A stretch of 43,867 nt of DNA from Actinomycetota bacterium (lineage in GTDB: Bacteria; Actinomycetota; UBA4738; HRBIN12), in contig DATDJD010000095.1 in the NCBI GenBank assembly GCA_036520695.1, positions 1 to 43,867 on the forward strand, in the 5' to 3' direction. A model generated the notes under the pieces. That model was not told the origin of the DNA and did no database searches. It saw only the letters and a program-made list of their open reading frames with translations. A program made the translations under genes and the position numbers. How positions within the stretch are numbered: the stretch's first letter is position 1; every line of letters starts with the position of its first letter. This document shows positions 24,780 through 32,677 of the stretch, one piece after another.

Positions 24780-25703
24780 ATGACCCGGGGCGAGCTCTTC
24801 GGCGTGGTGCCGAACTTCAGCGAAGGCCGGCGCGCGGACGTCATCGACGAGATCGTCGAGGCGCTGCACGTGCCGGGGGCGCGCGTCGTGTACGCCGAAG
24901 CAGACCCAGACCACAACCGGTTGGACACGACCGTGCTCGGTGACGCCGAGGCGGTCAGGGCCAGCGCGCTGGCTGGGGCCGCCGTCGCTGTGGAGCGGAT
25001 CGACATGAACCGGCATGAGGGTGGCCACCCTCGGATGGGCGCGGCCGACGTGATCCCGTTCATGCCGGTATCGGGTGCGTCGATGCAGGAGTGCGTCGAG
25101 CTCGCTCGAGGGTTCGGCCGGGAGCTCGCCGAGTCGCTGGATCTGCCCGTCTACCTCTACGACCAGGCCGCGTTGCTCCCGGAGCGCGCCTCGCTCGCCG
25201 ACGTCCGGCGAGGGCAGTTCGAAGGGCTGCGGGATGCCGTCGCGGCAGGGGAACGTCTCCCGGACTTCGGCCCGCACGTGATCGGGCCGAAAGGTGCGAC
25301 CGCCGTCGGCGCCAGGAAGCCGCTCGTGGCGTTCAACGTGTACCTCGACGGAACCGACGAACCTGCTGCCAAGGCGATCGCGTCGGCGATGCGAACGTCC
25401 AACGGCGGCCTGCCTGCCGTCCGAGCCATCGGGTTCGCGGTCCCGGAGCGCGGAGGGATCGTCACCGTCTCGATGAACCTGGTCGACCATGAGGTCACCG
25501 GGGTTATGGCCGCCTTCGACGAGGTGACCCGACTCGCGGCCGAGCAGGGCATGGCCGTCACCGATTCGGAGATCGTGGGTTTGGTGCCGGCATCGGCGCT
25601 GGACCCGGGCGACATCGACCACCTGCAGCTCGTGGGGTTCGATCTCGATCGACAGGTGCTGGAGCGGCTGGTGGACGCCGCGGAGGAGGGAACGAACACG
25701 TGA
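24780..25703 (+). CDS. ftcD: Glutamate formimidoyltransferase (FtcD N-terminal-type transferase domain)
   Basis: LFGVVPNFSEGRRADVIDEIVEAL...DPDHNRLDTTVLGD...GGHPRMGAADVIPF are formiminotransferase motifs. TATGCT lies 6 nt upstream of the ATG. Confidence 0.88.
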   Translation: MTRGELFGVVPNFSEGRRADVIDEIVEALHVPGARVVYAEADPDHNRLDTTVLGDAEAVRASALAGAAVAVERIDMNRHEGGHPRMGAADVIPFMPVSGASMQECVELARGFGRELAESLDLPVYLYDQAALLPERASLADVRRGQFEGLRDAVAAGERLPDFGPHVIGPKGATAVGARKPLVAFNVYLDGTDEPAAKAIASAMRTSNGGLPAVRAIGFAVPERGGIVTVSMNLVDHEVTGVMAAFDEVTRLAAEQGMAVTDSEIVGLVPASALDPGDIDHLQLVGFDLDRQVLERLVDAAEEGTNT

Positions 25704-26341
25704 GTGACCTGGAACTGGGCAGCTTGAGCGTCGAGGGGTTCTGCGAGGTATTGGCGTCAGATTCCCCGACACCTGGGGGCGGCGCGGTCGGAGCGATCGA
25801 GGCCGCCGCGGCAGCCTCGCTGATCGCGATGGTGGGCCGGCTCACGGTGGACAAAGCGGGGTTCGAAGACCTCGCCGAGCGGATGCGCGCCATGATCGTG
25901 ACGGCCGATGCTGCGCAGGCCGATTTCCTGCACCTGGCCGATCGCGATGCGCACGCCTTCGATTCCGTGATGGAGGCGTTCCGCATGCCGAAGGAGACCG
26001 ACGAGGACAAAGCTGCCCGATCGGCTGCGATCCAAGCGGGCTACCTCGCCGCCGCGTCCGTGCCGCAGGAGGTCGCGCGAAAAGCCGTCGACCTGATGGA
26101 GCTTGCGGAGGACGCCACCGCGATGGGCAACCCCCAGGCGGCCTCGGACGGATTGTCGGCGGCTGCGTCGCTGTATGCCGGTGCCCTTTGCGCGATCGCG
26201 AATGTGGAGATCAACGCGAGCTCCCTCAAGGACGTGGACACCCGGGCCACGATGCTCGCCGAGCTTGCGTCCCTGAAAGCACGAGCCGATCAGTCACTGA
26301 GGGAATCCCAGACCGCGTTCCAGCTCCGGCTCGCTCCGTAG
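25700..26341 (+). CDS. Formimino-THF cyclodeaminase / methenyl-THF cyclohydrolase family protein (FTCD C-terminal type)
   Basis: FCEVLASDSPTPGGGAVGAIEAAAAASLIAMVGRLT is the cyclodeaminase helical-bundle signature. The GTG start overlaps the transferase stop (GTGA, 25700-25703). The two halves of eukaryotic FTCD are therefore separate, coupled genes here. Confidence 0.85.
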   Translation: MSDLELGSLSVEGFCEVLASDSPTPGGGAVGAIEAAAAASLIAMVGRLTVDKAGFEDLAERMRAMIVTADAAQADFLHLADRDAHAFDSVMEAFRMPKETDEDKAARSAAIQAGYLAAASVPQEVARKAVDLMELAEDATAMGNPQAASDGLSAAASLYAGALCAIANVEINASSLKDVDTRATMLAELASLKARADQSLRESQTAFQLRLAP

Positions 26342-26366
26342 TAGCCGCCTCGGCTGCCACGGATCG

Positions 26367-28037
26367 CTAGAACAGCCCGACGGTCGTGCCGTCTTGGTCG
26401 ATATCGACGTGCTGGAAGGCGGGCGTCTTGCCAAGGCCGGGCATGCGCTGCATGTCACCGCACAGGACCACCACGAACCCGGCGCCGGCGCTGGGAACCA
26501 CTGCCCGCACGGGCAAGCGGAAACCGGTTGGCCGATTCAGCATGAGCGGGTCGTGGCTGAGGGACAGGTGGGTCTTCGCCATGCAGACGGGCATCTCACC
26601 GAACCCGAGTTCCTGCATGCGGGTGATGTCCTTCTCGGCCTGCGGCAAGTAGTCGACGCCGTCGGCGCCATAGACGCGGGTCGCGATCGCCTCGATCTGT
26701 TCCTTCAGGCCCGCGCCGGTCGGCGTCAGGAAATCGAACCTGTTGGTCTTCTCGCACGCCTCGACGACCGCGTGCGCGAGGTCGATCGCGCCCTGTCCCC
26801 CTTGTGCGAACGCACGGTTGACGACCACCGTTTCGGCGCCGGCACCCACCGCCAGGTCCTCGATCAGGGCGATCTCCGCCTCGGTATCGGTCGGGAAGTT
26901 GTTGATCGACACGACGCACGGCAAGCCGTACTGCCGGATGATGTTGATGTGCGCGCTGAGGTTGTCGATGCCAGCGCGCAAGGCCTCGAGATCCTCGTTC
27001 GCGAGATCGTTGAACGCCATCCCGCCGTGGGACTTCGTTGCGCGCACGGTGGTCACCAGCACTGCCGCGCTGGGCGTGAACCCGCCGAACCGACACACGA
27101 TGTCGCAGAACTTCTGGAAGCCGAGATCTGAGGCGAACCCCGCCTCGGTGATCACGTAGTCGGCGAGCTTCAGCGCCACCCGGTCCTCGATGATCGAGTT
27201 GTTGGCGTGGGCGATGTTGCCGAATGGACCGGCGTGTGCGAGAACGGGCTGACCCTCGAGCGTCTGCACGAGGTTGGGCTTGATCGCGTCCTTCATGATG
27301 ACGGTCATGGCGCCACCGGCCTGCAGGTCGTCGGCGGTGACCGGGGTTCCGTCGTAGGTCGAAGCCACCACGATGCGGCCGAGCCGCGTGCGCAGGTCCT
27401 GCAGGTCGCTCGCCAACGCGAAGATCGCCATGACCTCCGAGGCCGCCGCGATCACGAACCCGTCCTGGCGTGGGACGCCGTGTGCCTTGCCGCCCAGGCC
27501 CACGACGATGTTCCGCAGTTCCCGATCATTCATGTCCATCGTGCGGGGCCACGTGATCGATTGCGGGTCGATGTTGAGCACGTTGCCGTGGTAGATCGAC
27601 GCGTCGAGGGCCGCCGCCAGCAGGTTGTGTGCCGCCGCCACCGCGTGGAAGTCACCGTTGAAATGGAGGTTGAACTCTTCCATCGGCACGACCTGCGCGT
27701 AGCCGCCACCGTTGCCGCCGCCTTTGATACCCCAGACCGGACCCATCGAGGGCTCGCGCAGGCAGAGCATGACGTCCTTGCCGATCGCACCCAGGCCCTG
27801 GGTCAGGGACACGCTGGTGGTGGTCTTGCCTTCACCCGCCTTGGTGGGTGTGATCGCCGTGGTGATCACCAGCTTGCCGTCAGGCATGCCGGCGAGCCGA
27901 TCCAGGATCGAAAGATCGATCTTGGCGCGATCCCTGCCGTACTGCTCTAGCTCGTCGTCATGGATCCCGGCGGCGGCTGCGATGTCGGCGATGGGCGTGA
28001 GGGTGGCCTCTTGGGCGATCTCGAGTCCGGACTTCAT
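26367..28037 (-). CDS. fhs: Formate--tetrahydrofolate ligase
   Basis: The 556-aa ORF contains TPTKAGEGKTTTSVSLTQGL (P-loop) and GGGYAQVVPMEEFNLHFNGDFHAV, which are FTHFS signatures. Confidence 0.93.
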   Translation of the reverse strand: MKSGLEIAQEATLTPIADIAAAAGIHDDELEQYGRDRAKIDLSILDRLAGMPDGKLVITTAITPTKAGEGKTTTSVSLTQGLGAIGKDVMLCLREPSMGPVWGIKGGGNGGGYAQVVPMEEFNLHFNGDFHAVAAAHNLLAAALDASIYHGNVLNIDPQSITWPRTMDMNDRELRNIVVGLGGKAHGVPRQDGFVIAAASEVMAIFALASDLQDLRTRLGRIVVASTYDGTPVTADDLQAGGAMTVIMKDAIKPNLVQTLEGQPVLAHAGPFGNIAHANNSIIEDRVALKLADYVITEAGFASDLGFQKFCDIVCRFGGFTPSAAVLVTTVRATKSHGGMAFNDLANEDLEALRAGIDNLSAHINIIRQYGLPCVVSINNFPTDTEAEIALIEDLAVGAGAETVVVNRAFAQGGQGAIDLAHAVVEACEKTNRFDFLTPTGAGLKEQIEAIATRVYGADGVDYLPQAEKDITRMQELGFGEMPVCMAKTHLSLSHDPLMLNRPTGFRLPVRAVVPSAGAGFVVVLCGDMQRMPGLGKTPAFQHVDIDQDGTTVGLF

Positions 28038-28149
28038 GGGTGCGTCGGTTCCTTCCGTTTGATCGGGCGTTCAACGTCGGACGATACGACCCGAAGGCGC
28101 CTGGCTCCAAACGGTCGTTGCGTCGTGCGCGACGTTGGATACTGGTGAC

Positions 28150-28992
28150 ATGGCCGACACGGTTCCTCCCATCCGCAGGAACGTCACCCCCGTTCGCGTG
28201 GTCGCCGTCAACGGTGGGGTGCGCTCGGAACGGCCGGATACCCTGGCCACCGAGGAACCGTTGGAGATCCGTGTCGCGGGACCTGGACAGGACGCGACGC
28301 AGGTGGCGGTCACGATGCGTACCCCCGGGGGCGACTTCGAGCTGGCGGTGGGGTTCCTGTTCACCGAAGGGCTCATCGCGCCGAGCGACGTGGCGCGCGT
28401 GGCCTATTGCGACGACCTCGAGGACGAGGAGCAGCGCTTCAACGTGGTGACGGTCACCTTGACCCGGGCGTTCGACGCCTCCAGCCTGCATCGCAACTTC
28501 TTCGCGACCTCCTCGTGTGGGATCTGCGGCAAGGCGGCGTTGGACGACATCCAGGTGCGATGCGCTCCAGTGGCGTCTGGGCCCGAGGTGGCAGCGTCCA
28601 CGATCGTGGGGTTGCCGGACTCGCTCCGCGCCGGACAACGAGTGTTCGACCGCACGGGAGGGCTACACGCCGCGGGCCTGTTCACGCCCGAGGGCGAGTT
28701 GGTGAGCCTGCGCGAGGACGTCGGCCGTCACAACGCCGTCGACAAGGTGATCGGCGAGCAGGTGCTTGCTGGTTCGGTGCCATCGGCCGAGCGGATCCTG
28801 CAGGTCAGCGGACGGGCGAGTTTCGAGATCGTCCAGAAGGCGGCGGTCGCCGGCATCCCCATCGTGAGCGCCGTGAGCGCGCCCTCGTCATTGGCGGTGG
28901 AAGCGGGGGAGCGCTTCGGGATGACGATCGTGGGCTTCGTGCGGGGCGATCGATGCAACGTCTACAGCCACGCCGAGCGCGTGCTGGCCTGA
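28150..28992 (+). CDS. fdhD: Formate dehydrogenase accessory sulfurtransferase FdhD
   Basis: TEEPLEIRV, SSCGICGKAALDD, GGLHAAGLF and EDVGRHNAVDKVIG are FdhD motifs. I prefer ATG 28150 (MADTVPP) over the track's TTG 28135. GATACT lies 6 nt upstream. Confidence 0.88.
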   Translation: MADTVPPIRRNVTPVRVVAVNGGVRSERPDTLATEEPLEIRVAGPGQDATQVAVTMRTPGGDFELAVGFLFTEGLIAPSDVARVAYCDDLEDEEQRFNVVTVTLTRAFDASSLHRNFFATSSCGICGKAALDDIQVRCAPVASGPEVAASTIVGLPDSLRAGQRVFDRTGGLHAAGLFTPEGELVSLREDVGRHNAVDKVIGEQVLAGSVPSAERILQVSGRASFEIVQKAAVAGIPIVSAVSAPSSLAVEAGERFGMTIVGFVRGDRCNVYSHAERVLA

Positions 28993-29014
28993 CGCTGCAC
29001 GTGCTGGTCCGAAC

Positions 29015-29515
29015 TCAGTCGCCTCGCATCTCCGGCACCCGAGATTCCCAGTCGTAGATGACCGAGGTTCGGAACACCAGGTCGTGCACGGATGCGTTCC
29101 GCTTGCTGACCGCGCTCCAGAACAGGCCCAGCGGGAACAGCACACACGTGAGGGCTCGCAGGAAGGAACGGGCGACGCGGACGCGCTCACCCTTGTCGGT
29201 CTGGATGCGTAAGCCCATGATCCGCATCCCCATCGTGCGCCCCAGGCTGGACCACGCGATCGTGAGCGCCAGCACAGCCACGATCATGGCGACGACGAGG
29301 AACACCGGGAAGTCGGTCTTCGGCCACGTGAATCTGACCGGGTTCCGCAAGAACCGGACCCCGGCGTAGCCGGCGTAGACGATCCCGCAGATCACGGCGA
29401 CGTAGACGATGTCGACCACCATGGCGATGGTCCGAGAGACCACCCCGGCTCGTTGACCCTGTTGCTCGGCGGCGCTCGCCGGGAACAGATGCGAGGCTCC
29501 TGTCGCTTGCTCCAT
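29015..29515 (-). CDS. RDD-family integral membrane protein
   Basis: From ATG 29515 the protein reads MEQATG...GVVSRTIAMVVDIVYVAVICGIVYAG...SVHDLVFRTSVIY. The R..D and HD..T positions of RDD domains are present, with three hydrophobic helices. The start shares one base with the upstream stop (TGATG). Confidence 0.8.
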   Translation of the reverse strand: MEQATGASHLFPASAAEQQGQRAGVVSRTIAMVVDIVYVAVICGIVYAGYAGVRFLRNPVRFTWPKTDFPVFLVVAMIVAVLALTIAWSSLGRTMGMRIMGLRIQTDKGERVRVARSFLRALTCVLFPLGLFWSAVSKRNASVHDLVFRTSVIYDWESRVPEMRGD

Positions 29516-30564
29516 CACCGATCTCCCGAGGGTGGGTCGAGATCCCGGGCTTCTCGACGCAGCACCTTGTCGACGATCCGCGAGACCAGACGATCGGCGT
29601 TCATGCCCTGCACACGGACGGTCTGCACGCTCTCGCTCGCCATGGCGCCGGAGGACTCGCGAACGATCGCCGGCAGGTCGACGTCGTCGATGACCTCCTG
29701 CGCGATCGCCCCCAGGTCGAGGCGATCGATGATCGAGGTGATATCGACCCGTTCGACGATGCGCTCGATGTCGACACCGTCCACGACCTCGTTCAGGTCG
29801 ACGGTGCCGATCACGCGCTGCACGTCGACGCGGTCGATGATCGCGTCCATGTCGACCTTCGCGACGATCGCGTCGATATCGACCCGATCCATGATCTTGT
29901 CGAGGTCGACGTCTTCGACGATGGCGTTCACGTCGACGCGTTCCTTGACGAGGGCGGTCAGGTCGACCTGGTCCATCACGCCCTTCACGATCTCGGGCAC
30001 CAGGATCGCCAGGAACGATGAAGCCGCCTCCAGCGTCTCTGCCTGTGCCGCCTTCCATTGGCCATCGAGCACCCGGGTCGCTCCGCCGGCAACCTCGGTC
30101 GCCTGCTTCGCGAACTTCGGATCGATGACCCATGAGATCAACGGCGCCATGGCCTCGGCGGCCTTGGTGGCTGCTGACGCGGCCGCCTCTGCGGCCGTCA
30201 CGGCGGCACCCAGGCCGGCACCGGCGAGCATCGCCGCCGGGTCTGCCTCGGTTTCGGCGCTCTCGTCGCGTTCTGGCATCGTTGCTCGGAGGGCATCTGC
30301 GAACGCCGTGGCACCCGCCGAGAACATCCCTGCTCCGACCCGCATCCCTTGCTCGAGCAGACCGGCGACCGCGGTGCCGGGGATCGGTGAGCTGGGCGCC
30401 TCCTCGTCCTCCTGGGGGTCATCCATGCCGGCGGCGAGAGCTTCCTCGTAGCTCATCTCGCGGTCGTCGGTCTCGATGCCCTCATCGGAAGGAGGCACGC
30501 GAAGCGGCACGACGTTGTCTGGCTGCTCGTTCGACGGCGTCTCGCCGATCGGGATGCGATCCAT
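29515..30564 (-). CDS. Hypothetical acidic protein with eleven tandem VDxxxIVxx nonapeptide repeats
   Basis: From ATG 30564 (MDRIPIGETPSNEQ...) there is an acidic N-terminus, then an Ala-rich segment, then VDLTALVKER VDVNAIVED VDLDKIMDR VDIDAIVAK VDMDAIIDR VDVQRVIGT VDLNEVVDG VDIERIVER VDITSIIDR LDLGAIAQEVIDD VDLPAIVRE. G/C is high at third positions. I recognise no family. The upstream part of track ORF 29515..31248 is antisense to the fdh gene and is rejected. The start codon is uncertain because the SD is weak. Confidence 0.7.
   Translation of the reverse strand: MDRIPIGETPSNEQPDNVVPLRVPPSDEGIETDDREMSYEEALAAGMDDPQEDEEAPSSPIPGTAVAGLLEQGMRVGAGMFSAGATAFADALRATMPERDESAETEADPAAMLAGAGLGAAVTAAEAAASAATKAAEAMAPLISWVIDPKFAKQATEVAGGATRVLDGQWKAAQAETLEAASSFLAILVPEIVKGVMDQVDLTALVKERVDVNAIVEDVDLDKIMDRVDIDAIVAKVDMDAIIDRVDVQRVIGTVDLNEVVDGVDIERIVERVDITSIIDRLDLGAIAQEVIDDVDLPAIVRESSGAMASESVQTVRVQGMNADRLVSRIVDKVLRREARDLDPPSGDR
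29677..29967 (-). repeat. 27-nt-period coding tandem repeat phased by GTCGAC (VD codons)
   Basis: GTCGAC, or a one-mismatch variant, starts at 29677, 29716, 29743, 29770, 29797, 29824, 29851, 29878, 29905, 29932 and 29962. The spacings are 39, then 27 eight times, then 30. Confidence 0.9.
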
Positions 30565-30673
30565 AGGACCCCAGCATGAACCCCTCCGCTCAGCTTGACC
30601 ACTCGTGGATAAGATGGGCAGGTCCGGCCGCGCCGCGGTCGGGCGGAACGTCAACGGAAGGAGCACTGCCTCG

Positions 30674-32617
30674 ATGAGCAGGACGCTCACCCGGCTGACC
30701 GAGCCGATGGTCCGCGAGGACGGCGAACTGCGTGTCGCGACCTGGGACGAAGCCCTCGATCGGGCTGCCCAAGGATTGCGCCGCGCCGCCGATCGCAACC
30801 CCGGCTGGGGCACAGGGGTGTTCAGTTGCTCCAAGGCCACCAACGAGATGAACTTCGTCGCACAGAAGTTCAGCCGCCAGGTCTTGGGCAGCAACAACAT
30901 CGATAGCTGTAACCGCACCTGACACGCTCCTTCGGTGGTCGGTCTGGCCACCGTGTTCGGAGCCGGAGGCGGCACCAGTTCATATGAGGAGGTCGAGAAC
31001 ACCGACCTCATCCTGCTGTGGGGCTCCAATGCACGAGCCGCACACCCCATCTTCTTCCACCGCGTCCTGAAGGCGGTCAACAAGGGTGCCACGCTGATCG
31101 TGGTGGACCCACGTCGAACCGAGTCCGCCGAATGGGGCGATCTATGGTTGGGTATCGACGTCGGCACCGACATCGCCCTGTCCAACACGATCGCGCGCGA
31201 GATCGTCGTCAACGAGCTGCAGCACCACACGTTCATCGAGCACGCCACGCTGGGCTACTCCGAGTACGTCGATTCGATCATGGACTGGACGCTCGAGCGC
31301 GGCGAGCAGGTCACGGGCGTACCTGCCGACGTGATCCGGGAAGTGGCCCACGCGTACGCGAAGGCCGACCGGGCGATGATCTGCTGGACGTTGGGCATCA
31401 CCGAGCATCACAACGCCGTCGACAACGTGCTCTCCCTGATCAACCTGTCGCTACTGACCGGGCATGTGGGCACGTACGGCAGCGGTGTGAACCCGCTGCG
31501 AGGCCAGAACAACGTCCAGGGTGGCGGCGACATGGGCGCGATCCCTAACAAGCTGCCGGGATTCCAGGACATCGAGAAGGATGACGCGGCACGGCAGAAG
31601 TTCGAAGCGGCCTGGGACGTGCCGATCATCCCGAAGTACGGCTACACCCTGACCCAGATGTTCGAAGCGATGGATCGGGGTGAGTTGACCGCCGCGTACG
31701 TGATCGGGGAGAACCCGGCCAGCAGCGAGGCGGACAAGCAACACACCGAAGTACTCCTCCGCGGCCTCGACACCTTGATCGTCCAGGACCTCTTCATGAC
31801 CCGAACCGCTGAGCTCGCCGATGTGGTGCTCCCGGCGTCGAACGCGTCCTTCGAGTCCGATGGCACCGTCACGAACTCCGAACGTCGTGTGCAACGCGTT
31901 CGCAAGGCGCTGGATCCCCCGGGCGACGCACGTGACGACATCTGGATCATCGCCGAGCTCGCCCGGCGTATGGGTGCGACCGGGTGGGAGGAGGTCACCG
32001 CGGAGGGTGCGTGGGAAGAGCTCCGAACCCTGAGTCCGATGCACGCAGGGATGAGCTGGCAGCGCCTCGAGGACCTTGGAGGCCTCCAGTGGCCGTGCCC
32101 GGACGAAGAGCACCCAGGCACCATGTTCCTGCACGCCCGTCTGTGGGCAGAGGACCCCGCCGAGCAGGGTGCGAAGGCGCCGTTCTCGATCGTCATCGAC
32201 GAGCCACCGGTGGACGAACTCAGCGATGAATTCCCGTTGCGGCTCACCACCGGACGCAGGCTGGATTCCTACAACACGGGTGTCCAGACCGGCGCCTACA
32301 CGTCGCCGCTCCGACGTGGCGAGACGATCGATGTCTCGCCAGAGGACGCGGAGCGGATGGGGTTGGCCGAGGATCAGTGCGTGATCGTGTCCAGCCGTCG
32401 CGGCTCGCTGGAAGTACCGGTCCACGTCGACCCCGCGTTGCGTCCCGGGCTGGTCTTCATGACCTTCCACTTCCCCGACGAGGTGGATACGAACGTGCTC
32501 ACGATCGAGGCGACCGACCCGAAGTCGGGGACCGCTGAGTTCAAGGCGTCGGCCGTGCGCATCGACACGATGCCTGCCGATCGGTCGGTCGGGGTTTCGG
32601 GCGCTGGCGGGGAGTAG
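30674..32617 (+). CDS. fdhA: Formate dehydrogenase catalytic (Mo-bisPGD) polypeptide lacking the N-terminal Fe-S modules. In-frame TGA 30920-30922 is predicted to encode selenocysteine.
   Basis: Track ORFs 30605..30922 and 30935..32617 share one frame and are separated only by the TGA. GSNNIDSCNRT-TGA-HAPSVVGL aligns with the FdhF active-site segment. Downstream are typical MopB and molybdopterin-binding regions (ILLWGSNARAAHP..., the C-terminal TFHFPDE...TDPKSGTAEFKA barrel). ATG 30674 (MSRTLTRLTEPMVRE) has GGAAGGAG 10 nt upstream. Confidence 0.85.
30920..30953 (+). promoter_or_regulatory. UGA (Sec) codon plus a bacterial SECIS-like hairpin
   Basis: UGA at 30920-30922. The stem CGGUGGUC (30933-30940) pairs with GGCCACCG (30946-30953), 8 bp including one G.U. 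The apical loop GGUCU (30941-30945) starts 18 nt after the UGA. Confidence 0.65.
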
Positions 32618-32677
32618 AGTCTCCCGCGTGATGTCGGCCGCCTGCCCCCTCGCGATCGTTCGCTCCTCGGAGGTGCG

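Noticed and set aside
30482-30577. ATG 30577 (minus strand) with GGAGGGG 5 nt upstream, near the start of the repeat-protein gene
   Set aside because: It opens a different frame that terminates after 31 codons. The repeat-containing frame starts at ATG 30564.
30565-30673. Moco riboswitch or other leader RNA upstream of the FDH catalytic gene
   Set aside because: The whole divergent intergenic region is 109 nt and must also hold two promoters. It is too short for the Moco motif, and I see none of its conserved features.
30920-30922. TGA interpreted as a nonsense mutation making the FDH gene a pseudogene
   Set aside because: The stop lies exactly at the Sec/Cys active-site position. The frame stays open and conserved for a further 560 codons. 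A SECIS-like hairpin follows at the canonical distance.
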